In this document: one piece after another, positions 8,673-18,199 of the stretch
How positions within the stretch are numbered: position 1 is the stretch's first letter
Layout of the letters: each line of letters begins with the position of its first letter
Assembly: GCA_045653805.1 (NCBI GenBank)
Contig: JAZOMF010000094.1
Coordinates: 7,438-71,437 of the forward strand
From: Eubacteriales bacterium
GTDB taxonomy: Bacteria > Bacillota > Clostridia > Oscillospirales > CAG-272
Direction: 5' to 3'
DNA: 64,000 bases
Made by a program: the position numbers and the translations under genes
The notes under the pieces: generated by a model
Seen by the model: the letters and a program-made list of their open reading frames with translations, nothing else
What the model was told of the DNA's origin: nothing
The model's database searches: none

Positions 8673-9581
8673 ATGAAAAAACAATCTCTAATTAAAACTC
8701 TGCTTATAGACCTATTTTTTGCCGTAGTGGCGGGAATGGTAGTCGGAATTGCATACTATTTCTTTCAGAACAGTAACGGATTCGCTCCCGGAGGAGTTGG
8801 AGGTCTCGCTACAATTACATATCACTACATCACAGCATATCTTGGGGAAGAGCATATCATTATTTGGTCTATTCTTATGGTGGCTTACAATTTGCCAATA
8901 TTTATTTTGGTCAGCATATTGATCAATAAAAAGCTTGGCGCGTTTTTGAGCATCTATCTTATTGTTCAATCCTTCCTCCCCAAGCTGCTTGATGCGTTTT
9001 GCCCCATAAAGCCCTATTGCTTAGAGGTATATGGTGATGATTTTAACGTAATATTCGCATGTATCGCTACGGGCGTTATTTCGGGATTCGGATTTTCGCT
9101 TATGCTCCGTCATTTTGGAGCAAGCGGCGGCACCTATGGTATTTCCGCTCTTATCAAGCGAGCAAAGCCTGACCTTAACGTTGCGGTGGTTTCATTCATA
9201 ATGGATGCCAGCGTTGTGGCTATTGCCTTTTTTGTGTATGGAATGAAGATCACTCCCGTTATGTGTACTCTTATTAACCTGTTTATCGCCAATGTGGTAG
9301 TAGACCGTGGACTTGGAGGCATCAAGGATGGATACAAGTTTGAGATAGTTACCACTCACCCCGAGGAAATATCGCAGGAGCTTATGGCAAAGCTTAAGCA
9401 CGGCGTGACTTCCATGAGGGTACAGGGAATGTATACCGACAGCGAAAAATATATGCTGGTCTGCATTATCAATAAGCGACAGATCGGTGAAATGATGAAA
9501 ATAATTAAAAAATACCCCGATACCTTTGCAAGCTTCGAGAAGGTAAACGAGGTGTTCGGTAATTTCAAAAGAAAGGTTTAA
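8673..9581 (+). CDS. YitT family membrane protein (with DUF2179 C-terminal domain)
   Basis: FAPGGVGGLA, GASGGTYGIS, HGVTSMRVQGMYT, LVCIINKRQI. Confidence 0.9.
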   Translation: MKKQSLIKTLLIDLFFAVVAGMVVGIAYYFFQNSNGFAPGGVGGLATITYHYITAYLGEEHIIIWSILMVAYNLPIFILVSILINKKLGAFLSIYLIVQSFLPKLLDAFCPIKPYCLEVYGDDFNVIFACIATGVISGFGFSLMLRHFGASGGTYGISALIKRAKPDLNVAVVSFIMDASVVAIAFFVYGMKITPVMCTLINLFIANVVVDRGLGGIKDGYKFEIVTTHPEEISQELMAKLKHGVTSMRVQGMYTDSEKYMLVCIINKRQIGEMMKIIKKYPDTFASFEKVNEVFGNFKRKV

Positions 9582-9708
9582 TAAATAAGCCTTTTAAGAA
9601 AGACTTATAAAGTCGCTTGCGGCGTTGAGGTCGAACTTTACAGAATTATAGAAAATCTAATGAACTTCACTAAATCTAAGTTTAATTATTTTTTTAGGGA
9701 GAAAAATC

Positions 9709-11646
9709 ATGGAATTTTTGCAAAATATTTTGAGGCTTTTACAGTTTGAGGTGGAGGAGCCTACCCTTTACGGTTGGTACCATATTATGTGTCTGGGTCT
9801 TACCGTTTTGGCAACCGTTCTTCTTTGTGTATTCCACAAAAAGGACAAGCCCGAGAGAGTACGCCTTGTGGTTCTTTTTACTACACTTTTTGTCATAGCA
9901 TTTGAGATATATAAACAGATCGTATTCAGCTTTTCCGTTACGGATAGCGGTATCGATTTTTATTATCACTGGTATGCCTTCCCCTTCCAGTTCTGCTCAA
10001 CCCCTATGTATATAGGTCTTCTTGCGGGACTTACCAAAAAAGGAAAGCTTCACGATGCCTGCTCTGCGTATCTTGCTACATATGCGATTTTTGCGGGAAC
10101 CTGCGTCATGTTATATCCCGGTGACGTATTTATGGAAATGTTGGGTATCAACATCCAGACCATGATATGCCACGGCTCTATGATTGCTATTGGTATCTAT
10201 CTGCTCTACACTCAGCATGTAAAACTTCAGTTCAAGACCATTTTTAAGGCTATGGCGGTGTTTGCCTCCTGCTTGGGAATTGCGATGGTGATGAACGAGG
10301 TGGCGCACTTCGTGGGAATTACAGAAGATCATACATTCAATATGTTCTTTGTAAGCCCATATTTCAATAGCACTCTTCCCGTATATTCGCTGGTACAGCC
10401 TCATGTTCCGTTTGTTGTCGGACTGGCGCTTTATATTGGCGTGTTTAGTTTGTTTGCCTTTGCTATATTGTCGGCTGCCATTGGAATCAAGTCGCTTTAT
10501 GCAAAGCGTGAGCAGATCATAGCATTTTTCAATAAAGCTTGGAATGGAATTAAGATAGTAATTTCCGGCAAAAAATATCTTAGTTTGAAAATCGCAAGTG
10601 GAGTTATGGCATCCTTTATACTGTTTATGGCGGCAGTGAATATCGTTCCTCCTCCCAAAAACGTGGAGGTAAATCCTTTCGTTGTTGAGGAAGATGAGCT
10701 TCCTATGATCGCGGCGCACAGAGGCGGCGGTGATTGCAACCCCGAAAACACAATGCTTGCTTTCAGAGAAGCCGTAAAGACCTATAACGTAGACGTAATT
10801 GAGAGTGACCTCTACCTTACCAAGGACGGATATCTTGTTTATAATCATAATGCTTATATTGACGAGACCTGCAATATAAATGGTGATGTGACCCTTGAAG
10901 AGGTTATTGAGCTTTGCGAAGACGAGGAAAACCGCCACTACATTGAGGATATGACTCTGGAAGAGCTTCAGAGATACAATTTTGGATATTATTTTACCGA
11001 TGAAAATGGCGAATATATTTACCGTGACGTGACCGATCTTGCGTCTCACGGTTTGCAGATAGCTACTGTTGATAAGCTTTTTGCAGAGTTTTATCAGAGC
11101 CATCCCGACCTGCTCTTCATTGTTGAAATAAAGGATAGCGGAGAAAGGGGAGCCCAAGCCTGCGCGATCCTGTACGAGGTTCTGGAGAATTATCCCGAGT
11201 ATAAGGATAGAGTAGTTGTGGGAACATTCCATGATGAGGTAGAAAACGAGCTGTGCGAGAAATATCCCGACCTGCTTCGCGGTGCACCCATGGGAACTGC
11301 GGCTAAGTTCATACTTACACAGTATCTTGGAATTAATATTTTTGACGATGGAAGCTTTGCTTGCTTGCAGATACCTATGTCATATGATATAGGTATAGAC
11401 CTGCCCTTGGATGAAAGCACACTTGTTAATCGCGCCCATAGAAGAAATATTGCGATTCAATACTGGACTATAAATGAAGAAGAGGATATGCGCAGACTTA
11501 TAGAGCTTGGTGTTGACTGTATTATGACCGACAATCCCGAGCTTTTATCAGAGATAATCGAGGAGTACAGACAAAAAGCGAAAGAAGCCGAAACGAGCGA
11601 TGGATCCTCGGAGGATAACGAGGCTCAGGATAAGGCGGCTTGCTAA
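9709..11646 (+). CDS. Fusion of a YwaF/TMEM164-like multi-TM domain and a glycerophosphodiester phosphodiesterase (GDPD) domain
   Basis: N-terminal GWYHIM, FPFQFCSTPMY, HGSM; C-terminal AHRGG, PENTMLAF, ESDLYLTKDG, VEIK, YWTIN, IMTDNP. Confidence 0.85.
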   Translation: MEFLQNILRLLQFEVEEPTLYGWYHIMCLGLTVLATVLLCVFHKKDKPERVRLVVLFTTLFVIAFEIYKQIVFSFSVTDSGIDFYYHWYAFPFQFCSTPMYIGLLAGLTKKGKLHDACSAYLATYAIFAGTCVMLYPGDVFMEMLGINIQTMICHGSMIAIGIYLLYTQHVKLQFKTIFKAMAVFASCLGIAMVMNEVAHFVGITEDHTFNMFFVSPYFNSTLPVYSLVQPHVPFVVGLALYIGVFSLFAFAILSAAIGIKSLYAKREQIIAFFNKAWNGIKIVISGKKYLSLKIASGVMASFILFMAAVNIVPPPKNVEVNPFVVEEDELPMIAAHRGGGDCNPENTMLAFREAVKTYNVDVIESDLYLTKDGYLVYNHNAYIDETCNINGDVTLEEVIELCEDEENRHYIEDMTLEELQRYNFGYYFTDENGEYIYRDVTDLASHGLQIATVDKLFAEFYQSHPDLLFIVEIKDSGERGAQACAILYEVLENYPEYKDRVVVGTFHDEVENELCEKYPDLLRGAPMGTAAKFILTQYLGINIFDDGSFACLQIPMSYDIGIDLPLDESTLVNRAHRRNIAIQYWTINEEEDMRRLIELGVDCIMTDNPELLSEIIEEYRQKAKEAETSDGSSEDNEAQDKAAC

Positions 11647-11676
11647 ACGATAATTGCTTTTATAATGAGGGCAAAT

Positions 11677-12531
11677 ATGATGAACAACGAAAAATATTGC
11701 GATCTCCACCTGCATTCATATTACTCCGACGGAACCTGTTCGCCGACGGAAGTGGTCAGTAAAGCAAAATCCATTGGAATATCTCCTATTGCGCTTACCG
11801 ATCATAATACGGTAAAGGGACTTGATGAGCTCCTTGCTGAAGCAGAAAAGCAAGGTATAGAAGCTATAGCGGGAATTGAATTTTCGGTGGATTATAGGGG
11901 CAAAGAGCTCCATTTGCTCGCCTATGGTATCAGCAAAAAATATTTTGCCGAGATCGAAGAAAAGATGGATGAATATCTCAAAATTCGAGAGCGCAGCAAC
12001 CGTGAGATGGTGGAGGCTCTCTGCTCTGCGGGATATTTGATAGATTATGATGAAATATACAAAAAAAGCGGCAACGGATATGTAAATCGCGCTCACATTG
12101 GTGCAGAATTGGTTGAAAAAGGGTATTGCTCGTCTATCAGAGAAGCATTTGCAACCCTGCTTGGTAAGGATAGCCCATATTTCAGACCAAGAGTATTTCC
12201 CAATGTGTTTGATATAATTGACTATATCGGTAAAATAGGTGCGGTGTCAATTCTGGCACATCCGTTTTTGCAGTTTAACGAGGGCGAATTAAGAGAATTT
12301 TTGCGTGAGTCAAAAAAACACGGTCTGGACGGAATGGAAACGGTGTATACCGAGTTTTCGGATGAACAGACAGCTTGCCTCAAGGCCGTGGCAAAGGAAT
12401 TTGACCTAATTGAGGGTGGTGGCAGTGACTTCCACGGCTCTACCAAGCCAGACGTGGCTTTGGGCGTGGGATTTGGAAATTTGCGAGTGCCCACAAGCAT
12501 TGCGGATAAAATAAAGGAAAAAATGAGATAA
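11677..12531 (+). CDS. PHP domain metal-dependent phosphoesterase (TrpH/YciV type)
   Basis: DLHLHSYYSDG, ALTDHNT, GIEFS, LHLLAY, LAHP, GGSDFHG. Confidence 0.92.
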   Translation: MMNNEKYCDLHLHSYYSDGTCSPTEVVSKAKSIGISPIALTDHNTVKGLDELLAEAEKQGIEAIAGIEFSVDYRGKELHLLAYGISKKYFAEIEEKMDEYLKIRERSNREMVEALCSAGYLIDYDEIYKKSGNGYVNRAHIGAELVEKGYCSSIREAFATLLGKDSPYFRPRVFPNVFDIIDYIGKIGAVSILAHPFLQFNEGELREFLRESKKHGLDGMETVYTEFSDEQTACLKAVAKEFDLIEGGGSDFHGSTKPDVALGVGFGNLRVPTSIADKIKEKMR

Positions 12532-12627
12532 TAATTAATGTAAAGTTTACTTGATATTGAGTTGTATTTGTTTTATAATTTAAATGTTTCCAAAACCAAA
12601 CTGAAATCAACTAAAAGAGGTAACACC

Positions 12628-13590
12628 ATGTATCGTATAGGCATAGACCTCGGCGGAACTAATATCGCCGCGGCAATAGTTAACAATGAATTCAAGATAG
12701 TTAAGAAAATGAGTATTCCCACCGGCAGAGAGCGTGAGGCGGCTCTTATTATGGACGATATGGCGGCGCTTTGCAAAAAGGTTTGTGCCGAGGCAGGAGT
12801 TGATTTATCTGAGATTGAGGCTATCGGTATTGCATCTCCCGGAGTTGCCAATCACACCGACGGAACCGTTGAGTATTCCTGCAATCTCCCTTTTCGCAAG
12901 TTCCCTATTTGCGATGAGCTTGGAAAAAGACTTGGAATGACTAATATTCACGTTGAAAATGATGCTAATGCGGCGGCATGGGGCGAGGCTGTTGCGGGCG
13001 CTGCAAAGGGAACTAAAAGCTCCGTTATGATTACCCTTGGAACCGGTGTTGGCGGAGGTGTTATCATTGGCGGCAAGGTGTTCTCAGGCTCCAACTATGC
13101 AGGCGCCGAGCTGGGTCACGTCGTTATCGAGGTGGGCGGCAGACAGTGCGGATGCGGTAGGCGTGGTTGCTGGGAGGCATACAGCTCCGCGACAGGTCTT
13201 ATTAATATGACTCGCGAGAAGATTGAAGAGTGCGAAAAGAGCGGTAGAAAGACAATTATGACCGATATGGTTGCAAATGATGGTAAGGTTAGCGGAAGAA
13301 CCGCGTTTAACGGCTACCGTGCAGGCGACGAGGCAGCAAAAGAGGTTGTTGATACCTATATCAAGTATCTTGGAAGCGGTCTTGCAAGCATGATAAATAT
13401 TTTTCAACCCGAGGTACTTTCTATCGGTGGTGGAATTTCGGGCGAGGGACAGTTCTTGGTTGACCTCATTATGCCCATCATAAATATGGAAAGATACGGC
13501 GGTGAGTTCATCGACAAAAAGACCGAGATACGTATCGCCCAGCTTGGCAACGATGCAGGTATCGTTGGCGCGGCTTTCCTTGGAATTTGA
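12628..13590 (+). CDS. ROK family sugar kinase (glucokinase-like)
   Basis: IGIDLGGT, ENDANAAA, TLGTGVGGG, ELGH...CGCGRRGCWE, LGNDAGIVGAA. Confidence 0.93.
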   Translation: MYRIGIDLGGTNIAAAIVNNEFKIVKKMSIPTGREREAALIMDDMAALCKKVCAEAGVDLSEIEAIGIASPGVANHTDGTVEYSCNLPFRKFPICDELGKRLGMTNIHVENDANAAAWGEAVAGAAKGTKSSVMITLGTGVGGGVIIGGKVFSGSNYAGAELGHVVIEVGGRQCGCGRRGCWEAYSSATGLINMTREKIEECEKSGRKTIMTDMVANDGKVSGRTAFNGYRAGDEAAKEVVDTYIKYLGSGLASMINIFQPEVLSIGGGISGEGQFLVDLIMPIINMERYGGEFIDKKTEIRIAQLGNDAGIVGAAFLGI

Positions 13591-13603
13591 ATTTGACAAA
13601 ACG

Positions 13604-13636
13604 ATAACCGACCGCTTTTGCGGTCGGTTATTTTTG
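13604..13636. terminator. Terminator between the ROK gene and the convergent DtxR-family gene
   Basis: ATAACCGACCGC / GCGGTCGGTTAT stem followed by TTTTT. Confidence 0.85.
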
Positions 13637-13638
13637 TT

Positions 13639-14007
13639 TTATTGGTCTGTATTTAAATAATTTTTTATCGCCTCAAAGCTCTGCTCACTGATGTGATGCT
13701 CGATCTTGCATGCATCATCGGCGGCGGTCGTTTCGTCTACACCAAGACGGGTGAAAAGCTCGGTAAGTAGAGTGTGTCGCTCGTACATTCGGTTAGCTAC
13801 GTCAAGTCCGCTCTCGGTGAGAGTGATAAATCCGTGCTTGTCTACCTCGATGTATCCGGCATTTTTAAGAATTCCCATAGCTCTGCTGACGGAAGGCTTG
13901 CTATATCCCATATGCTCGCAAACGTCGATAGCTCTTACCGCTCCGGTCTTTTTATATAAAACGTGTATCGTTTCAAGATACATCTCGCCTGATTCCTGAA
14001 TATGCAT
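13639..14007 (-). CDS. DtxR/MntR family metal-dependent transcriptional regulator (short form)
   Basis: EMYLETI, SKPSVSRAM, YERHTLL, DACKIEH. Confidence 0.92.
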   Translation of the reverse strand: MHIQESGEMYLETIHVLYKKTGAVRAIDVCEHMGYSKPSVSRAMGILKNAGYIEVDKHGFITLTESGLDVANRMYERHTLLTELFTRLGVDETTAADDACKIEHHISEQSFEAIKNYLNTDQ

Positions 14008-14114
14008 AGCGCACCTCCTTGACTGATTTTACAGAAACAGTATATCATACATTTTAGATAAATGCAAGTGCTTTTTTGTTTTTAGTACGATTTGACTGCA
14101 AGAAAGAAGGATCA

Positions 14115-14143
14115 TTGACAAAAAACTCAATTTGTGATACAAT
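14115..14143 (+). promoter_or_regulatory. sigma-A promoter of the second YitT gene
   Basis: TTGACA, 17 bp, TACAAT with extended TG. Confidence 0.75.
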
Positions 14144-14169
14144 AGAGCGAATAAAATAAGGAGAGAGAA

Positions 14170-14796
14170 ATGAAGCGCAATGTTAAAGCCCTGCTTCCGC
14201 AGATAAAGGTGAAAAATTGCATATTTTTGATTCTCGGAGGCGCAATTCTCGCTTTCGGGCTTTTTAACGTTCATTCTTTCTCGGGGGTGACCGAAGGCGG
14301 CACGCTGGGATTGACTCTCCTTTTTGACCATTGGTTTGGGCTTTCTCCTGCATTTACCTCCATAATTCTAAATGCGATCTGCTATTTCATCGGATGGCGC
14401 ACCCTTGGTAAGAATTTTATAGCATACAGTGCAGTCTGTTGCCTCTCGTTTTCGTTGTTTTATTGGATGTTTGAGAGCATTGGACCCGTTTTTCCTCAGA
14501 TTGCCGATTTTCGCTTGGTTGCCGCTATCGCGGGAGCGATTTTCGTGGGTGTGGGAGTCGGACTTTGTGTTAGATTCGGCGGTGCGCCCTGCGGAGATGA
14601 CGCCCTTGCGATGAGCATTTCAAAAAAGACAAAATTGAATATCAGATGGGCGTATCTTATATCCGATGTTACCGTTCTTGCTCTTTCACTGACCTATATT
14701 CCACTGACGGAAATTTTGTATTCGCTCTTAACGGTTGTGCTTTCGGGTCAGATAATCGGATTTATCGAGGGAGTAGGGGAGAAAACAAAAAAATAA
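14170..14796 (+). CDS. YitT family membrane protein (no C-terminal soluble domain)
   Basis: VTEGGTLGL, GGAPCGDDALA; hydrophobic throughout. Confidence 0.88.
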   Translation: MKRNVKALLPQIKVKNCIFLILGGAILAFGLFNVHSFSGVTEGGTLGLTLLFDHWFGLSPAFTSIILNAICYFIGWRTLGKNFIAYSAVCCLSFSLFYWMFESIGPVFPQIADFRLVAAIAGAIFVGVGVGLCVRFGGAPCGDDALAMSISKKTKLNIRWAYLISDVTVLALSLTYIPLTEILYSLLTVVLSGQIIGFIEGVGEKTKK

Positions 14797-14829
14797 CTGC
14801 TTACAAAAGCAGTTATTTTTTTGTTGGGG

Positions 14830-15855
14830 TTATAAATTATCAAAATTTATCTTTTCGGATGAACCCTTGTAGCTTCCGTCATCATCGTTGTTTTCTTTGG
14901 ACTTTTTATATAGCTTGACTATAAGGAAAATTGCGAAAACTATCAATCCAATCGAGACAATAACGATGAAAATATCAGACGCGCTGATAGCCTTGGGGAA
15001 TACGTCCTCGATATCCTCAACCACAACAACTACGGGGATCCCTGTATTTGCGGTGAACTCCTCAAGAGTTCCGTTTACTGTGGATTCCGAAATGTTGATG
15101 GCGGTCTTATTGGTGAGGTGGGACGTGTATTCTCTGCCTTCAGCTGTGTTTTCGCATAGGTTGTTATAGTTGGAATCAAGGTTGAGGTTGGAGATATGTT
15201 TCTCCATCTTGTTCATTACCGAAGCGATTCCGGTGTGAAGAGAAAACTTGTATGTGTCGCTGTTGATGGCTGAGGTTTGTATGGCTCTGCCAAATTGGGT
15301 CTGTTCGTTGCCGAACATATCCTTTATGTCCTCATCAATGTGGTCGCCGGGCCATGCTATAAATGCGTAGTCGTAATATTGGTCGTCCTCCACGAGGAAA
15401 ACTATCAGCAGATTGTCCTCATAATCTGCAGTGTCGCCAAACTCTTCCGCATATTGCTGGTCTGCATATGTCTGGAAGGTGATCTCGTCATAGTAAGACA
15501 TTCCGCCGCGGGCAACGTTAGAAAATGCTGTGCCAACGGTTGAAAATAGCATCATTACTGCAAAAAGAATAATGATTATGGGCAGGAAAAACATACCCAT
15601 AAATCCACCGAGACAACCGCCTCCGTAGCCGTAATATCCTCGTCTGTAATACGGACGGTGGAACCATCCGCCGCGGAAATAAGGACCTCTGGGTCCGTGA
15701 GGGCCGTGATGATGGGGTCCGTGATGAGGACCGCCGAATCCGCCGTGACCTCCTCCAAAACCGCCTCTGCTACCGCCGCCGAAGCTTCCGCCTCCGCCAC
15801 CAAATCCACCTCTGGATCCTCCGCCTCCGCGGGAACCTCCTCCGGGTCCTGGCAT
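14830..15855 (-). CDS. Membrane protein with a Gly/Arg/His-rich low-complexity N-terminus, two TM segments and an extracytoplasmic domain
   Basis: 341-aa ORF with SD AAGGAGG; TM at about aa 82-108 and about 295-315. Confidence 0.8.
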   Translation of the reverse strand: MPGPGGGSRGGGGSRGGFGGGGGSFGGGSRGGFGGGHGGFGGPHHGPHHHGPHGPRGPYFRGGWFHRPYYRRGYYGYGGGCLGGFMGMFFLPIIIILFAVMMLFSTVGTAFSNVARGGMSYYDEITFQTYADQQYAEEFGDTADYEDNLLIVFLVEDDQYYDYAFIAWPGDHIDEDIKDMFGNEQTQFGRAIQTSAINSDTYKFSLHTGIASVMNKMEKHISNLNLDSNYNNLCENTAEGREYTSHLTNKTAINISESTVNGTLEEFTANTGIPVVVVVEDIEDVFPKAISASDIFIVIVSIGLIVFAIFLIVKLYKKSKENNDDDGSYKGSSEKINFDNL

Positions 15856-16007
15856 AATTGTGTCCTCCTTTAAGTGCGATAAACGCGTTAAGCTATTTTA
15901 ATACATTTTATCATATTTTGCCACTATTTTCAAGGGGGTTCAAGACTATTCACGAAAAATTCAGAAAAAAGTGACCGATTATGTGAATGATTTTTGCCTT
16001 TTTCCTA

Positions 16008-16036
16008 TTGACAACCGACCGCTATCGTGTTATAAT
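16008..16036 (+). promoter_or_regulatory. Consensus sigma-A promoter of the tRNA-Ser transcript
   Basis: TTGACA, 17 bp, TATAAT with extended TG. Confidence 0.85.
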
Positions 16037-16197
16037 AAGCGAGTGATCAAAAATTAAATACTCGTGAGGACTCTTTTGCAAACAAACATCGAAGCGGGGA
16101 CGTTTGCGAGCGGCGCTGAAAGGCGACTATGCGACGGCGTAAGGGGCACGAGTCTTGAAAACCGTTGTAAATAAAAAACAATTAAATATTTTTACTC

Positions 16198-16286
16198 GGA
16201 GGCATATCGAAGCGGTCATAACGAGGCGGTCTTGAAAACCGTTTGGGGGAAACCCCACGGGGGTTCGAATCCCTCTGCCTCCGCCA
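16198..16286 (+). tRNA. tRNA-Ser (anticodon UGA), CCA encoded
   Basis: Acceptor GGAGGCA/TGCCTCC, anticodon arm GCGGT-CTTGAAA-ACCGT, long variable arm, GGTTCGAATCC T-arm, G73-CCA. Confidence 0.97.
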
Positions 16287-16289
16287 TTT

Positions 16290-16322
16290 AACCGCAATTC
16301 TCTATATTGAATTGCGGTTTTA
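16290..16322 (+). terminator. Terminator after tRNA-Ser
   Basis: AACCGCAATTC / GAATTGCGGTT stem followed by T tract. Confidence 0.8.
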
Positions 16323-16495
16323 CTTTTATAGCTTATACTATAATGCATACGTAGATGCATATAACATTGGATAAAAATGCATAAGAAAAGGGTGACGAGA
16401 AAGTAGACAATTCGTTATCTCTCTGCACACTAACGTAACCTTTTCCGCTGCAGTTGCAGAATAATATTTCTCGACAACAAAAACCCACAAAATTC

Positions 16496-16524
16496 AAGGC
16501 TACCGCCTCGGCGGTAGCCTTTTT
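16496..16524. terminator. Terminator of the desaturase-family gene
   Basis: AAGGCTACCGC / GCGGTAGCCTT stem. Confidence 0.7.
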
Positions 16525-16537
16525 ATACTCGGTTCCG

Positions 16538-18043
16538 TTATTGTATGGAGGTTGTGGCAGTGGATGGGGTGGGGAGAGAGGCGAGTGCCTTGTGTTCAAG
16601 CGCTTCTACAGTTCTGATGGCGTATTTTCCGCAGCCTGCGGCAATAGGCAGTCCTCCGGGGCATTGTTGCCATTGGGTTGCCAAAATAACGTTGCTCAGT
16701 CCGTCCACCTTGTTTTTCTTGCGGAGAGGCAGAGTCTTTTTGGGCAGAATAAAACTCATATAAGAGCCTATTTCCGAGTCTGTAAAGCGCCTATAAGTGG
16801 CAGGTGTCCACACGTCAAGGAGTTTTATGCCCCCTTTGAGGGAGGGGATTGCGGATTCAATTATCTTTTCAGCCGCAAGACCGAAATCTTTTTTCCTTTT
16901 GTTATATGCCGCACGATTTATCTCTCTTGATCTTATGAAATCCATGCCGGTATCTTCGTCGCAAAAGGTCATGACTTGCAAAACCGTCTCGCCTGAAGGG
17001 GCGTAGCTTTCCTCGTGGGAAAACTCACGGAGGATGAGTCTGTTTGCTCCTATCTCATGCTGATATTCGTCGGGAACATTTAAGATAAGGTCTCCGCGAA
17101 AGTCCAGATCCTCTTTTTTGCAAGCAAAGGCGCATTGTACCCCCGAAAAGCGCTTAAATCTTGAGTCGGAGTACATTTTTTGTATCTGTCGGGGAAGAGG
17201 GAGATGCAAAAGGTGCTTAAATGCTACCGCAGGGTCTGTGGTGAGGATAAAATAGTCTGCAAAAATCCGGCGTCCGTCTGAAAGTGTCACTGAGCTTGCA
17301 TTTCCGTTTTGATGATTTATTTGAGACACTTTACAGTTCAAAAGCAACTTCCCACCAAGAGAGGAAAATCGCTCTGCCATTCTGTTTGCCATGCCGCGGG
17401 AGCCGTATTGGGGAATTCCGCCGTTTTCGCCGCAGAAATGTGCAAAAACAAATATAAGTGCCAAAGCGCCAAAACCCTCTCCCCAAAATGATGATATAAA
17501 TTCTCGAAGAAGCGGATGCGTGAAGCGGTCTGAAAGCTCCTTAGCGCTAAATGAGTAATACTTTCTTAAAGAGGGGATTTTCAAAAGCCCCTTAAATCCG
17601 TCCAAGCCCTCATCATGCCGCTCTCCACCAATTCCGCATATTCTTTGAAGTAGCTTTACCGCATTAATAAGGGATATTATCTCATTTTTATCGGCAGGGG
17701 AGATAGATTCCATTTTATGCTTTACTTTCTCGATGTCGCGATAGAGTGATATTTCTTCGCCGTCTTTGCGGCAGGTGTAGAGAGTATCGCCTTGAAAAAC
17801 CTCAATACCGTCACCCAAAGCTCCCAACTCTACCCAGTTTTGGTAGGCAGGTGTGGAGGGGTTTGTGCCTGTCAGCCAATGTATGCAGTTGTCGATCTCG
17901 TAATCTCCTCTTTTCCAGCCCGTGAGATTGCCTCCGGGAGTAGAGTGTCGCTCGCATATGATTGCCTCGTGTCCGCTCATCAGTGCGTGTATTCCTGCTG
18001 AAAGTCCTGAGACACCGCCGCCTATAATTAAAATTTTTGCCAT
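16538..18043 (-). CDS. FAD-dependent oxidoreductase, phytoene desaturase/COG1233 family
   Basis: IIGGGVSGLSA Rossmann motif, GGNLTGW, IDNCIHW, TPATYRR, PGGLPIAA. Confidence 0.88.
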   Translation of the reverse strand: MAKILIIGGGVSGLSAGIHALMSGHEAIICERHSTPGGNLTGWKRGDYEIDNCIHWLTGTNPSTPAYQNWVELGALGDGIEVFQGDTLYTCRKDGEEISLYRDIEKVKHKMESISPADKNEIISLINAVKLLQRICGIGGERHDEGLDGFKGLLKIPSLRKYYSFSAKELSDRFTHPLLREFISSFWGEGFGALALIFVFAHFCGENGGIPQYGSRGMANRMAERFSSLGGKLLLNCKVSQINHQNGNASSVTLSDGRRIFADYFILTTDPAVAFKHLLHLPLPRQIQKMYSDSRFKRFSGVQCAFACKKEDLDFRGDLILNVPDEYQHEIGANRLILREFSHEESYAPSGETVLQVMTFCDEDTGMDFIRSREINRAAYNKRKKDFGLAAEKIIESAIPSLKGGIKLLDVWTPATYRRFTDSEIGSYMSFILPKKTLPLRKKNKVDGLSNVILATQWQQCPGGLPIAAGCGKYAIRTVEALEHKALASLPTPSTATTSIQ

Positions 18044-18199
18044 GGTTATATTCCTTTTTCGTTTTTTTGTAGGTCCTATTATTATTCCCGATATAGGTGA
18101 GATTTTGCGCGAAACCGAAAAAAATTGATTTTTAGTTAGCTATTGCAAAAGGTGGGTATTTATGCTATACTGAATATATAAAGTCAAGGAGATCAAAAA

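Noticed and set aside
12539-12551. TGTAAAGTTTACT cre/LacI-like palindrome upstream of the ROK kinase
   Set aside because: Short, imperfect and in AT-rich DNA; not distinguishable from chance.
16287-16537. Genomic island integrated at the tRNA-Ser 3' end
   Set aside because: No integrase and no downstream duplicate of the tRNA 3' end were found in the window.
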